A DNA stretch of 63,686 bases, taken from the UHGV virus genome UHGV-0312038; one strand, given 5' to 3'. Source of the DNA: a virus. The translations under genes and the position numbers were made by a program. Below are positions 21,401 through 31,202 of this stretch, piece by piece. The stretch's first letter is position 1; the number at the start of each line of letters is the position of its first letter. The notes beneath the pieces are model-generated. The model saw nothing but the letters and a program-made list of their open reading frames with translations. It was not told the origin of the DNA and did not search any database.

Positions 21401-21975
21401 ATCTCGCTAAGGAAATTCTTCAGACTACCGGTATCGATTTCGCTCCGGAACAGCTCAAAGCCCTGCTTCGCGGATATGCCACGGGCTTCCTGAGATTCAT
21501 CCCCTCATATATCGATGCTGAGAAGAACCCTGCCAACAATCCTGAAAAGGGCATGTACAACAAGCTCGGCCCTGTGGCCTTTGGTCTTGGCGGTACTATG
21601 TACAGAGGTGAGATTACTGACGTAGGCCGCAGTCTGTATGACAGATACAAGGCAGAGATTATGTCCCGTGTCAGACAGGAAGGCGTTGTCCTCAAGACGG
21701 GCAACAGGAAGATTACAGCCAAGCCTGAGAAATATAGAGCATGGCGTATCAGTCAGCTTCGCAATGCCGGATGGGATGACCCTGATATTATAAAGGTTCT
21801 GACTATTATGGATACTGACAACGAAATCAAAAAGGCCCAGCAGGGAACCAAGGAAAAGATTGCCCGTCTGATTGACCTTGACGATGACGAAGGCTTGAAA
21901 GAGCTGTTCCGTGTCCGGTATGAAAATCAGAACAACGCATATAATAGAGCAGTTGCGATACTGTCACAGGAATAA
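18406..21975 (+). CDS. large virion protein (internal/ejection or tail protein)
   Basis: 1189-aa ORF with ribosome-binding site. Confidence 0.55.
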   Translation: MSDCYGSKDVENEMKQDGGGFTQGSFNNAADTDTAEPSVPDAEADVISQKVNTANSINENIGSAPAGGSVRLTQTDEKAIGRMASAYIKEVNKYRENEEKAVVSNFKNLTGRIAKTMNLYTRISSGLARKFTDKMAPVYMFLARTFPVQGRSVMEHPVVSAIQDGLRTVSGLRSGYSEQLDNIRKLTRKYLRDSAISTNKALELIGDRLNLSQMSVHTDIILRNWDRRMQEIKKIAEDEQFEIQNPDANKRHIDLSDEYERLLVNYEWLTANRDSTGPFIYDEKHPTAGLLDNDAAIRDGKIKDLLVQHGISEQQQQEIMSKMAGVIRSSMTDLSKAGQVFPEQIRYFADYDDFVPFASNRDNISRPVTDTDAYLPGNFHQAQGMVNPPVSAWYTIQHFANRAAARVGMSKAAIAMYTAQQAMNSNRRMLSRLKAYNEVVKQGIDPFSKDADKNINARFRNFTADDLAKARDLEKRTKQGGKDTNDYAMTHNPFYSVRWDRLMRMQFSWSEAERNMYYAITSSAAHGGGLSFIAPRINSNGKYVHDKDGNVSYARMFIQFNASYSDEKSNITGTKLNDALTSVLRNDERLNYLAKATALMGHSCTSLNIGFAPCNGARDLMERGVNMANRDYVDSYGQHVPGYKLLAGYVSQLPKAFNAVIHQVTGRLDPNSEYGKYFKEFTDTGLHYTYSRAIGKESTSLINNIDNLNKIYADKKNAQTEKTIDRIASRFGEMRGIVSKWIYAWNDVWNLTPSLAQYVAMRKRSIEPSQTANAVSEVMDQSQTGQYTNALRMFFPFTNPTLQGARAMLRTVGLAPGADGGFHMSYRGMATFVGLTAVGNMLYSFARESLGQDEDTGAYRIDSLPISDLCRYIPIPTNDKGDYFKMPIGFGIAQLASSMAIAMDRMERGIASAEDVMPEFMAAIAKQMSPADAPSYNFSMSPATWLMQVLSPALLRPIEDVAVNRSYKGRPITYYSASEGAYTSAADSGWATTAPVYKNLAKEILQTTGIDFAPEQLKALLRGYATGFLRFIPSYIDAEKNPANNPEKGMYNKLGPVAFGLGGTMYRGEITDVGRSLYDRYKAEIMSRVRQEGVVLKTGNRKITAKPEKYRAWRISQLRNAGWDDPDIIKVLTIMDTDNEIKKAQQGTKEKIARLIDLDDDEGLKELFRVRYENQNNAYNRAVAILSQE

Positions 21976-21978
21976 ACC

Positions 21979-22590
21979 ATGATTGTCTACCTTACTCAGG
22001 GAGTATCCCGTATAGCGTTCCGGATAAAAACATACGACCAGTCCCAGCTTGTGGACTGGCACGGGCTTCAGCTTCTCATCATAGCAGGCGAAGCAGGACA
22101 GCCCTGTGACTGCGGCGTTGGAGGTTCACCATGGTTCTTCTATGGATGCTGGCCCGGAGTCCGTACAGGAGAAGACGTAGCCAACACCAGACCGGCGGAC
22201 GTTCCTGTAATGTGTTTCCCTGCGTTCAATACCAACAACGAAGGACGCGTGATATTCCGCATCGGTGACAAACTCAGTACTATACCCCCCGGCAGATATA
22301 CCGGGATTATCCGGCTCGTACCTAAAATGAAACCTCTTAGTATGGTTCCATTGTACTCACTCGGTAAATCCCCAGAACCGGAGAAAGCCATACTGCCCCC
22401 TGAATTTGCGTTCGGGGAAATAAGCTGTTCCGATACACCGGAGCCCAGACCAAAGCCCAGAAAACCGGAGCCTGCCTGCTGTACTCTGGCGGTATTTGAT
22501 ATAGACCTCGGCCCTGAGTGCTCTGACCATTTCATTGACCAGACCGCTGTCACGCTGATGCTTAACAACTGCACCATGGAGATTCAATAA
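21979..22590 (+). CDS. hypothetical protein
   Basis: 203 aa. Confidence 0.45.
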   Translation: MIVYLTQGVSRIAFRIKTYDQSQLVDWHGLQLLIIAGEAGQPCDCGVGGSPWFFYGCWPGVRTGEDVANTRPADVPVMCFPAFNTNNEGRVIFRIGDKLSTIPPGRYTGIIRLVPKMKPLSMVPLYSLGKSPEPEKAILPPEFAFGEISCSDTPEPRPKPRKPEPACCTLAVFDIDLGPECSDHFIDQTAVTLMLNNCTMEIQ

Positions 22591-23138
22591 TGGCCATCCA
22601 TAGTAAAGATATAGAAGGATGCGGCATCTGTACCGAAGGATGCTCCACCCCGTTTGTCATCCCCACTGGAGCCGAGCCCGGTCAGGTTTTGACCTACGAC
22701 CCTGACAGTATCTTCCAGCTCAAATGGAGTGACGCCATCAAAGGCGAGAAAGGAGATAAGGGAGATACAGGCAAAGAGGGTGCCAAAGGAGACAAAGGCG
22801 ATACGGGAGAACAGGGTGTACAGGGAGTGCGCGGGGAACGTGGAGAGCGTGGCCCTGAAGGAACCAGAGGCCCGCAGGGAGAGAAGGGGGAGAAGGGAGA
22901 CAGGGGCCCTGAAGGAGCCAGAGGCCCGAAGGGAGATAAAGGAGATACAGGCCCGCAGGGACCGCGGGGGCCGATAGGAGAGACAGGGCTTATGGGCCCG
23001 CAGGGAATCCCCGGGGAAAGAGGAAAGCAGGGCCCGGCAGGACCGCAGGGACTTCCGGGAAAAGACGCTGACACATCTGCACTGGAAGCACAGATACAGG
23101 AACTTGAAGCCCGTGTCACTGCGTTGGAGAATAAATAA
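22590..23138 (+). CDS. collagen-like (Gly-X-Y) repeat protein, probable fibre/appendage
   Basis: 182 aa. Uninterrupted G-X-Y triplets over about 110 residues ([25 protein letters not shown]...), then a short coiled-coil tail. Confidence 0.7.
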   Translation: MAIHSKDIEGCGICTEGCSTPFVIPTGAEPGQVLTYDPDSIFQLKWSDAIKGEKGDKGDTGKEGAKGDKGDTGEQGVQGVRGERGERGPEGTRGPQGEKGEKGDRGPEGARGPKGDKGDTGPQGPRGPIGETGLMGPQGIPGERGKQGPAGPQGLPGKDADTSALEAQIQELEARVTALENK

Positions 23139-23743
23139 TGAGTATGACGTCAGAATTTTTCACAGCATTTCTCACCGCCCCGCTTGAGGAAAGTGGGAAA
23201 TATATCACGCTCACAAAAGAAGCCACGTCTGACCTTGCCTCTATACTGAAAGACAGCGGCTCATACATTTATCTGACATTGCGGGATGACGCGAATATAG
23301 AGACAGTACGGGCTCATCTGGAACAGGGCATCCTTATAGTTGACAGGGGCCTGTCCGGTACTGAAGCAGTAAAACATCCTATCGGTACGTGCGTTTCCTC
23401 TGTCTCACCTACAGTCATAGCGGCGATTAAAGACCTGATATGCAACTATGACTGTTGCGAAAGCGGCGACTGCCCCAAGACTCCCGCTGAATTTCTGTCC
23501 GTTTATACGCCGTCTGGCTCTACAGGTACCGCTTATCGTGGTACCATAGATTTCACAGGCACTGACCCTGTACAGGTCACTGTATCAGGCGCGCCAGACT
23601 GGCTCACTGTTACCCGAACTGGAAGCAGTCTTGTACTTAGCGGTACTCCAGCGTCCTCTGGAGATGTCACGTTCAGTATTGCCCTGACCAATCTGAACGG
23701 GACAAAGACCGCGGTTAAGACAATCACTTTCAGCATCGGGTAA
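23138..23743 (+). CDS. Ig-like (He_PIG-type) domain protein
   Basis: C-terminal APDWLTVTRTGSSLVLSGTPASSGDVTFSIALTNLNGTKTAVKTITFSI is a textbook putative-Ig-domain pattern. Confidence 0.55.
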   Translation: MSMTSEFFTAFLTAPLEESGKYITLTKEATSDLASILKDSGSYIYLTLRDDANIETVRAHLEQGILIVDRGLSGTEAVKHPIGTCVSSVSPTVIAAIKDLICNYDCCESGDCPKTPAEFLSVYTPSGSTGTAYRGTIDFTGTDPVQVTVSGAPDWLTVTRTGSSLVLSGTPASSGDVTFSIALTNLNGTKTAVKTITFSIG

Positions 23744-23772
23744 GCCGCCCCGCCCTGCGGCTTTATAATAGT

Positions 23773-23813
23773 CCCCCGTACTGGTTCCGGCTCCTCCAGT
23801 ACGGGGGATTTTT
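23773..23813 (+). terminator. rho-independent terminator closing the structural operon
   Basis: Perfect 12-bp stem (cccccgtactgg / ccagtacggggg), 11-nt loop, then A TTTTT. Confidence 0.7.
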
Positions 23814-23824
23814 AGGAGACTGAT

Positions 23825-24316
23825 ATGAACATAAGACTTGCTGGTCTCATCCCCGACAGCATAACTGACGGCCCCGGTATCCGCTATGTCGTATTCGTTC
23901 AGGGGTGCCGGCACAACTGCCCCGGCTGTCACAACCCCAAAACCCACGATTACGCAGGCGGGTTTGATATGCCGTTGAAAGAGCTGTACGAGAGAATAGC
24001 GCACGCCTACCTTATAAGCGGGGTCACTTTCTCAGGCGGCGAACCGTTCGATAAGGCGCTCCCTCTCACTCTTCTGGCCCGTGCCATCCATCGCAAACTG
24101 CATCTGCCGATTATATGCTATACGGGCTACACACTGGAAGAGCTTGTACAGAAAGCCCGTACCCGTACAGATATAAGGGGTCTGCTTACCAGTATAGATA
24201 CACTGATAGACGGGCCGTTCATTCAGGAGAGGAAGAGCCTTGACCTTGAGTGGCGTGGGTCATCCAATCAGAGGATAATTTCAGCCGCGGAGATTATGAC
24301 TTCCCTGAAGGCGTGA
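23825..24316 (+). CDS. nrdG: anaerobic ribonucleotide reductase activating protein (radical SAM)
   Basis: N-terminal VQGCRHNCPGCHNP cluster matches the NrdG GCxxxCxxCxN motif. 163 aa with ribosome-binding site. Confidence 0.8.
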   Translation: MNIRLAGLIPDSITDGPGIRYVVFVQGCRHNCPGCHNPKTHDYAGGFDMPLKELYERIAHAYLISGVTFSGGEPFDKALPLTLLARAIHRKLHLPIICYTGYTLEELVQKARTRTDIRGLLTSIDTLIDGPFIQERKSLDLEWRGSSNQRIISAAEIMTSLKA

Positions 24317-27218
24317 TATAATCCAGCCGGTCAAGGTCATCCTTGTCAAGACGCCACACTCTGATGCGGGCTGACGGGATGGTAGATACACCCTTGCCGA
24401 GATTAATCCGTTCTTCCTTTATGTGGAAGCCGTCAACGCGCAGAGCTTCAAGCACGGTGCCGGGAGATGCGTTATTCTTCTGGCACCATTCTTTTACAGC
24501 CTTGCTGGATATGTACAGCACTCTGTTACGGATTTCATAGCGTGACAGGATAACCCCGTTACTAGGCCTGTACTTCACATACTTGTCAGGCATGACAAGA
24601 TTGCCGGGGTCTGGCTCATTAGGAAGCCTGTTAGCACCGGAGACAACCAGAGTACTGCGGCTCATATCCTGTATCACATCGCCGAAAGCAACAGCCCACT
24701 TCGTTTCAGCTTTGCATGTAGCCTTGCGGTTGTACGGGACAAAATCTCTGAGAACCCACTTCTCAAGAGCGTCCATATCGTAGTCAAGAAGGCCGAACTC
24801 TACGGCCCAGCGTCCGGCTTTCAGGGCTATGGCAAGAGCGTTCGACATGAAACGTTCCTCCTGATAAAAGCCGTTGCGGCGTCCCCAGTCTTCAACATAA
24901 TTACGCAGGGATACCAGCCGTTCAGGATACTGGAAGAGCTTGATTAGAAATTCCGGCCCGGCGATACCGTAGTTCTCATCATACAGCTTGGCGCATTTCT
25001 GGATGAACTCACGAATCTTGGGGTTGTCATATCTGGAGAAGTTGCACCGGTACTCCATGATACGCTGAAGCGTGGCGCTTGTATCAGTATGATAACGGGC
25101 AAGGCATTCCTTTACTGATTTATTAGCAGTCAGGAACGTGCATGTAGCCCACCGCCCTGTACGGATAAACTCAGCGCCCGATGCACGGAGCTTGTTCTTC
25201 TCCTTACCGGAAGAAATAACAAAGGCCAGATTGGAGAGGTCTTCGTCAGTAAGGTCAGTAACCTCATCCATACAGGCAGGCAGGTTGCTCAGCACGGACA
25301 TGCGCCGGCATCGCGCGGTAATGGACTCATCCTTAGAGAAGAACATCTCTTTCGGATTACCCCATACAGAAGCGCATGACTTCAGAAGCTGAGACTTACC
25401 ACAGCCTGTTTCGCTTGACCATATGGACAGCATGCAGTTATTGGCATCACCGCCGCCTATCTCCATGAGAGGAGCGGCGAAAGAAAAACACATGGCTAAC
25501 TGACCTAGTTTCTGGTCCAGTGCCCTATACATCTTCGGGACAAAAGACCACTTCTCCACAGTACCGGCATGGCCGCACATCTGCGGGATAGAGGTACGCG
25601 CAATACCGCCAAAGGCCACAGGGTGAAGCCCCGTAGACATCACGGCACCGGCTCCGGTTACAAACCCTTTATGCTTCTCTTTGGATACAGGGTCAGTAAT
25701 ATCCTGCCATCCCAGATGGTCATATGATATACGTTCCTTCGGGTCAGTTTCCACTTTGGATAGATAGGCATTTATCAGCATATTCATAACCCGTGTGTCA
25801 CAACGCGGAGTGAGCGGAGCTATACCGGCGTTGAGAAACCACTTATTAACATTCTGTCCGCTGTCCTTATCGCAATCGAAATGGACAGTCTCACACCATC
25901 CGGAAGGGCGTTCCACCCTGAAGACGTGCATACGATGCGGACGCTCGGCGTCATCTATATAGACTTCGCTTCGTATGTAATAGAGGCGGCTCTGGAATAT
26001 CCGCACATCTTCAATGACCTTCTCTTTCGGGTCAAACGGATACCAGTGAATCCCGTCATCCAGTACAGAGAAGTGGGAGTGGTCATCAGCGTCATTAAGA
26101 GCCGTATAACCACAGTCCTTATCCCAGTCCGGAATAGTGATATGACTGTCATTCTGCGGGGGGACAACAGGCTTTGATATTTCCGCCTGCCTTGAATGCA
26201 GGATACGGTGTAAAGACGCCGGAGAATTTAGAACAGCGGCATACTTGCACCCTTTGCACCCATCAGGATTGTTCACCCTGAATACATCGCAACGGGCCGG
26301 TCTGTCAGGATAAGCCTCATAAAAGCGCTTCTCGGTATCAGCCTCATTATACTTCTCGGGGCATGCACTGGACAGAACCTTAGCCACGGCAAGACCGTTC
26401 TTACAGCGGCGAAGAACAGACATAGCGGCGAACCAGTTTGGATATGACTGGCTCCCCATTGTCATTATCTGATTGCAGTTGCGCGCAATCTCTACGCCGT
26501 CATACACGGGCTCTTCAGGCCCCATACCGAAAGGGTCATCCGGTACAGGAGCTTTCTTCCGTACCGGAGCCGGAGCTGAAACGGGAACGGCGATATTCCC
26601 GAAGGCTTCAGGGTCATATGTTTTGCCGGTATTCAGAAGTACAGATACCGTGGTTCCGGACTTCTGATGTATCGTTCCGGGGATACGGAGAACGCTCGAA
26701 ATATCCCTAGCCCTTGACCTGTCTACATCCAGATTGTGCTCGGTGCAAAGCTGGAGGAAATTACCCGCAAGCTGTTTCCACTCCGCTGAGTTCACATCCT
26801 TGTTAAGCACCCAGTAAACATGCAGGCCCTTTCCAGAGGACACTATGATACTAGGCTTAAGACCTGTATCTTTACTGAACTGCACCAGTGTCTGAAGGGC
26901 TTCCTCTCTGGTCTGATACCGGCAGCCAGCTTTGGCTATATCAAGGTCAGCCCAAAGACACCTTGCACTGCGGGCATTGTTAGCCTTCCGCCCCGGTACA
27001 TAAATATCAAAGGATGCCATGGCCATATAAGTATCATAGCCATCGGCACACAGCTCACTGCTTTGTTTGACTATAGCACCAACGCTATCAGCCCTGAGCG
27101 ATACACGCTCGTTGTCCCCTCTGAGCCCCAGAATATAATACGTCTGTTCCGGCCCAAATATCCCGCTCTTTATTGGGGGGAGTATCGCCGAGAGAAATTC
27201 TGTACTGTTCATAAACAC
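24294..27218 (-). CDS. bifunctional primase-polymerase / SF3 (D5-like) helicase
   Basis: 974 aa. N-terminal AEP/prim-pol-like region (GKGLHVYWVL). C-terminal Walker A GCGKSQ and SF3-like motifs. Confidence 0.7.
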   Translation of the reverse strand: MFMNSTEFLSAILPPIKSGIFGPEQTYYILGLRGDNERVSLRADSVGAIVKQSSELCADGYDTYMAMASFDIYVPGRKANNARSARCLWADLDIAKAGCRYQTREEALQTLVQFSKDTGLKPSIIVSSGKGLHVYWVLNKDVNSAEWKQLAGNFLQLCTEHNLDVDRSRARDISSVLRIPGTIHQKSGTTVSVLLNTGKTYDPEAFGNIAVPVSAPAPVRKKAPVPDDPFGMGPEEPVYDGVEIARNCNQIMTMGSQSYPNWFAAMSVLRRCKNGLAVAKVLSSACPEKYNEADTEKRFYEAYPDRPARCDVFRVNNPDGCKGCKYAAVLNSPASLHRILHSRQAEISKPVVPPQNDSHITIPDWDKDCGYTALNDADDHSHFSVLDDGIHWYPFDPKEKVIEDVRIFQSRLYYIRSEVYIDDAERPHRMHVFRVERPSGWCETVHFDCDKDSGQNVNKWFLNAGIAPLTPRCDTRVMNMLINAYLSKVETDPKERISYDHLGWQDITDPVSKEKHKGFVTGAGAVMSTGLHPVAFGGIARTSIPQMCGHAGTVEKWSFVPKMYRALDQKLGQLAMCFSFAAPLMEIGGGDANNCMLSIWSSETGCGKSQLLKSCASVWGNPKEMFFSKDESITARCRRMSVLSNLPACMDEVTDLTDEDLSNLAFVISSGKEKNKLRASGAEFIRTGRWATCTFLTANKSVKECLARYHTDTSATLQRIMEYRCNFSRYDNPKIREFIQKCAKLYDENYGIAGPEFLIKLFQYPERLVSLRNYVEDWGRRNGFYQEERFMSNALAIALKAGRWAVEFGLLDYDMDALEKWVLRDFVPYNRKATCKAETKWAVAFGDVIQDMSRSTLVVSGANRLPNEPDPGNLVMPDKYVKYRPSNGVILSRYEIRNRVLYISSKAVKEWCQKNNASPGTVLEALRVDGFHIKEERINLGKGVSTIPSARIRVWRLDKDDLDRLDYITPSGKS

Positions 27219-27450
27219 CCCTTTTGCCAGTTGGAGATACTGGCCTGCCTGATGAGAGTCCCGCTCCGAGAAGTCTCCAGCGCATTAGTCCGGGAAGAGG
27301 TGCACCCATGACTATGCTCATCTCGGGGCGGGACTCTTAGCAGGCAAACCCTTGTGTGTAAGAAACCTATCAGGTTTGCATGGGAAAGACAAGAGGGTTG
27401 TGTAATTTTCCGGCCAGTCCGGAGCAATCGGACTGGCCGGCATATATCAG

Positions 27451-28569
27451 TTAGAAGCTCAGCTCGTCAAGGAGCGCCTGCACATTGTTCGCAACAGGCC
27501 CTTCGTCAGGAGCCGGAGCAGCCTTTGCCGTATTGCGGGAGACAGTCGCAGTCTTGCCCTGACTCATAGCCGCCTCGGCCTGATCCAGCAGACTACGCAT
27601 GGCCGCGTCCTTGACAGGCTCGGCATGGGGAACATCAGCCTTCACTTCCTTCTGTACAGGAGCGGGTTTGCGTTCCTGCACCGGAGCGGCAGGCTTGCGT
27701 TCCTGCACCGGAGCGGCGGGTTTGGGCGCAGGCTTGTGTTCCTGTACCGGAACAGCATTCTCATTATCATCACCGTAAGTAAGCTTCTCCCTGATAGTCA
27801 GAAGCTCACGGGTTCCTTCAGAACAGGCCGTCTCATAGACCTGCGACATAATATCAGGATTAAGGAATGCCAGATGGTTGTTCCTGTCGAAGTAGGGACG
27901 GAACATTACCACACCCGACACAGAGACAGTCGGGTCAAGGACAATCTGCGTCAGGAACATGCTAGGCGTGACCTGAATATTACCAACCGAGTACTGCTGA
28001 CACAGGTCACGAAGCCCAGACCACTTGAACATGTTCTGCTGAGGGAGCCCGTTCCCGTACAGGGACATGGCCGTCACATCCAGAATATAAGGATGGTCAC
28101 AGTCCAGAACATTCGTTCCGTTGAAATTGCGGAGAAGCACGAACGCAAGCCTTTTGCGAATCTGGAAACCCCAGCGGAGCTTGCCGCCACGCATGACCTT
28201 ATGCCTGTATTCTTCAGGCAGGGCATCGGGGAAAACAGTACAGGCAGAGTCAATTTCCCAGATAAGGTCAGGCGCTTCAGGTTCCTGACCGGGGGCATAA
28301 TCACGCTCATACCAGACAGCATAGTTGCTCTTTGCCGCGCCGACAAAGACACCAGCAAGTTCATTTGCCGGAATAGCAGTCGAAGAACCGCCGTCAAGCA
28401 GTTCAAAATCCGTCTTGCGAATCCTAATCCTACGCTGTCCGGCACCGCCCATACCGGCGAAAGCATCCTCATATGACGCCGCAAAGGTCTTGGTAATCTC
28501 TTCAGGGAGCTGAGAAAGACTGGAAGAACTGACGAACATGGAATCCATGGAAACGGGAAGATTAGCCAT
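27451..28569 (-). CDS. putative ssDNA-binding / annealing protein
   Basis: 372 aa. PAPVQE-repeat linker and acidic C-terminal tail ending in aromatic F (LLDELSF), like SSB/gp2.5-type tails. Adjacent to a Gp157-like gene. Confidence 0.3.
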   Translation of the reverse strand: MANLPVSMDSMFVSSSSLSQLPEEITKTFAASYEDAFAGMGGAGQRRIRIRKTDFELLDGGSSTAIPANELAGVFVGAAKSNYAVWYERDYAPGQEPEAPDLIWEIDSACTVFPDALPEEYRHKVMRGGKLRWGFQIRKRLAFVLLRNFNGTNVLDCDHPYILDVTAMSLYGNGLPQQNMFKWSGLRDLCQQYSVGNIQVTPSMFLTQIVLDPTVSVSGVVMFRPYFDRNNHLAFLNPDIMSQVYETACSEGTRELLTIREKLTYGDDNENAVPVQEHKPAPKPAAPVQERKPAAPVQERKPAPVQKEVKADVPHAEPVKDAAMRSLLDQAEAAMSQGKTATVSRNTAKAAPAPDEGPVANNVQALLDELSF

Positions 28570-28583
28570 TATAAACTCCTTAA

Positions 28584-29045
28584 CTAAGCCTTGGTTACAG
28601 AGAGAGCATCCTTATCCACATAAGCGATACCAGCCCCGGCGCATGCGGTATTGTACCCCTCATCCTCGGGAGAAATGTTCAGCGCATCGTGCATGTACGC
28701 CTCAATATTCTCCTTGCTCGGACGGCGCTGGAACATCAGTCCATCAGAAATATTCCGGCCTGACTTCAGCGCCAGAATCATCTGCTTGAACATGGTCATG
28801 GATAATGCCTCAATATCTGTTATTTCATAGTGGTGAGTAGTCCGTGTAGTCAACCGTGCTACTCCGGGGATGTTACAGGACTTCAGACCATCAGCACTCA
28901 TAAGCGCCATAATCTGGTCCGTCAGTTCCTTCTCTTCCCCATTCCTGATTTCATCTGCCTGACTTTCAAGCTCAAGCCTTCTGGCTCTTACCTGTACGAG
29001 ACGCGCGGCAAGTTCATTCAAACCTGACATAGTATAACCCTCCAC
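28584..29045 (-). CDS. Gp157-like (siphovirus Gp157 family) protein, putative
   Basis: 153 aa with N-terminal coiled coil. The position next to the annealing/SSB gene fits the family context. Confidence 0.3.
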   Translation of the reverse strand: MEGYTMSGLNELAARLVQVRARRLELESQADEIRNGEEKELTDQIMALMSADGLKSCNIPGVARLTTRTTHHYEITDIEALSMTMFKQMILALKSGRNISDGLMFQRRPSKENIEAYMHDALNISPEDEGYNTACAGAGIAYVDKDALSVTKA

Positions 29046-29055
29046 AGAAATTCAG

Positions 29056-29301
29056 TTACTTAAAGTTTAAACAGAAATACTCCACAGCCCAAGCGATAAA
29101 GTCCTCCTTCTTGTAGCAGACCTTCCTTCCTACCTTTACTATAGGGGGGCCCATTTTCTTGAAGTCAAGATTAGTCATAGTCCTGTAGCTGATAATCCCA
29201 TTAGTCAGCTCCTTGATACTGGCACGGGGGAAAAGAGGCGGTAGGTTTTTCTCAAGAAATTCCTTCAACTCTTTTCCTGAGTCTTTAGCTGTTGTGCTCA
29301 T
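29056..29301 (-). CDS. AlpA/Xis-like helix-turn-helix DNA-binding protein
   Basis: 81 aa. The SIKELTNGIISYRTMTNLDFKKMGPPIVKVGRKVCYKKEDFIAW pattern resembles the AlpA family (...stiyrl...gkfP.pvklg.r.v.W...dv..W). Confidence 0.45.
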   Translation of the reverse strand: MSTTAKDSGKELKEFLEKNLPPLFPRASIKELTNGIISYRTMTNLDFKKMGPPIVKVGRKVCYKKEDFIAWAVEYFCLNFK

Positions 29302-30904
29302 TCTTCAACTCCTCAAATAGTGTAGATACTGTTTGCCCTAGTTCTTTACCTTCGTCAAGACTTTTGAAAGATTTTTCTTCCTCCGGAGAGGATAAAATCC
29401 GGATGACTGAAATCTTCGGCGCCTTCTGTTTGGCAGAGCTCAGGCGTTCAAGCGCCTGTGCATAGATGAACCCGCCCAGCATCGGCGGCCCGTTGAAAAT
29501 CATGGTGTCAGCGGCGGAAAGTTCCACGCCGAAAGCTGTTGTCGTAGGATGACATATCAGTATCCTAGGGTCAGATGCGTACTGAAAGTTGTGCAGAAGC
29601 TCGGCCCTGCTCTTCGCCGACACACCGCCATCTATGATACCCACGGAGAACCCGGCGTTCCTCAGCTCTTCCGCTAACAGGTGGTTTGAAAATACAAAGA
29701 CCCCAAAGATAACAACCTTATGGCTTGTCTCATTGATGCAGTCGATTATTGTGTCAGTACGCTGTTTGTGCTGTAACGGTACAGGCATGCCGTCTATCGT
29801 CACAAATCCCTGTGCCATCTGCATCATCTTCTGGAAAAGCACGCCGCCGTTCGCCGCTGTAATTGTAGCGCCGCTGTCCAGTATAGCCACAGCCTCGGCC
29901 TTCAGGTCATCATGGACTTTCTTCTGCTCGGCGCTCATGGAGCATCGGCGGGTCTGAGTGACAACAGGCGGCAGGTCAATAACACTGGACTTCGCGAACC
30001 GTATCGCCGGTTGCAGTGTCTCATATATACGGGACGCGGCATTGGGAGACGGCTTCCGCATGAAAGGTTCAGGCCCATACTGATATGTCACAAGGTCAAG
30101 CCAGCCCGTTTTAGTACGACATGGCAGCCTACTCCGGTTAATCATCCGTGCCATACCATATACAGCCTCAGGATTGTCAGCGGGGGAACCTGTAACTCCT
30201 ACCGCATACCGGAGGTTCAGCTTGTTAACAATGTTGTCCAAAGCTTTGAAACGCTGACTTGATGAATTGCCTACATGGGTCAGCTCGTCAATGACAATAC
30301 CGCCGATGCGTTTCTCCAGTACTGCCTTTGTAAACGCTTTCCCTGAAATCCTGATACTGTCATAGTTAGTGATATAGAAATCAGCCGGCGTCTCCAAAGC
30401 ATGTTCTCTTCCTTTGCCATGCACTCTGACAATCCGCGCGCCCGGAAGAGTCTGCTCAATACTGTCTATCCACACACTGTCTATTGTTGTTACAGTAGTG
30501 ACAATGAGAAACCCGCCTGTTACCTCAGCGTGCCGTTGGAGATAGTCCATAGCCAGAATCAGACTTCCGGTCTTTCCTGTACGGGGGTCTGACAGAACGT
30601 AGCACCTCGGGTGAAGAGTAATGAACGAAGCAGTCTTCAGCTGATGCTTCATCGGGTTGTACCGGCCCTCGATTAGTGGGTGTCTGTCAGACACGAAAGG
30701 CGTAATGTCAGTAACATCAGCACCGAGATTAGCGGCTATCATACAGCCGTCACCGGTATGGGGGACAGCGAAAAGCGTCTTGTCAGTATAATCTTTATAA
30801 ACGATACCCGGTACTGACTTGCCGGTCTTTATTATTTTTGGGTCACTGACTCCCAGATATATCCAGTTGTCATCACTAAGAACTGTTATATCAGACGTCT
30901 CCAT
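29285..30904 (-). CDS. SNF2-family (SF2, DExH) helicase
   Basis: Walker A DPRTGKTGS and DExH box VIDELTH. C-terminal helicase domain. 539 aa. Confidence 0.75.
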   Translation of the reverse strand: METSDITVLSDDNWIYLGVSDPKIIKTGKSVPGIVYKDYTDKTLFAVPHTGDGCMIAANLGADVTDITPFVSDRHPLIEGRYNPMKHQLKTASFITLHPRCYVLSDPRTGKTGSLILAMDYLQRHAEVTGGFLIVTTVTTIDSVWIDSIEQTLPGARIVRVHGKGREHALETPADFYITNYDSIRISGKAFTKAVLEKRIGGIVIDELTHVGNSSSQRFKALDNIVNKLNLRYAVGVTGSPADNPEAVYGMARMINRSRLPCRTKTGWLDLVTYQYGPEPFMRKPSPNAASRIYETLQPAIRFAKSSVIDLPPVVTQTRRCSMSAEQKKVHDDLKAEAVAILDSGATITAANGGVLFQKMMQMAQGFVTIDGMPVPLQHKQRTDTIIDCINETSHKVVIFGVFVFSNHLLAEELRNAGFSVGIIDGGVSAKSRAELLHNFQYASDPRILICHPTTTAFGVELSAADTMIFNGPPMLGGFIYAQALERLSSAKQKAPKISVIRILSSPEEEKSFKSLDEGKELGQTVSTLFEELKNEHNS

Positions 30905-31202
30905 GCTCTACCTCTTTCAGTATATTGTCCAGCTCACCAAGGTTATGCTCGTTAATGACAAGCACAAACGCTCCGGCGGAGCGCATCCGGCTATGCTCTA
31001 ATGACTGCAAAGCCGTTGGCTTGTTAGTCCCTGCCTTGGCTTCTATCCCAATTAATCTGCCATGGAGACAGGCGATATAATCAGGGATCCCAGACCGGCC
31101 AAAGGTTGTACCGCGCGGCATGAAGTACCATACGTTGTGGGCCTTAAGCCACGCGGTAATCTTCTGCTTCACTCGTCCCTCAGGGGTCATTTCAGTCCGC
31201 AC
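30891..31202 (-). CDS. VRR-NUC domain nuclease
   Basis: GIPDYIACLHGRLIGIEAKAGTNKPTALQ matches the VRR-NUC PD-(D/E)xK core. Adjacent to the SNF2 helicase, as is common. Confidence 0.7.
   Translation of the reverse strand: MRTEMTPEGRVKQKITAWLKAHNVWYFMPRGTTFGRSGIPDYIACLHGRLIGIEAKAGTNKPTALQSLEHSRMRSAGAFVLVINEHNLGELDNILKEVEHGDV

Noticed and set aside
22694-23119. 141-aa minus-strand ORF, Pro/Ser/Gly-rich
   Set aside because: Antisense reading of the collagen-like GXY repeats.
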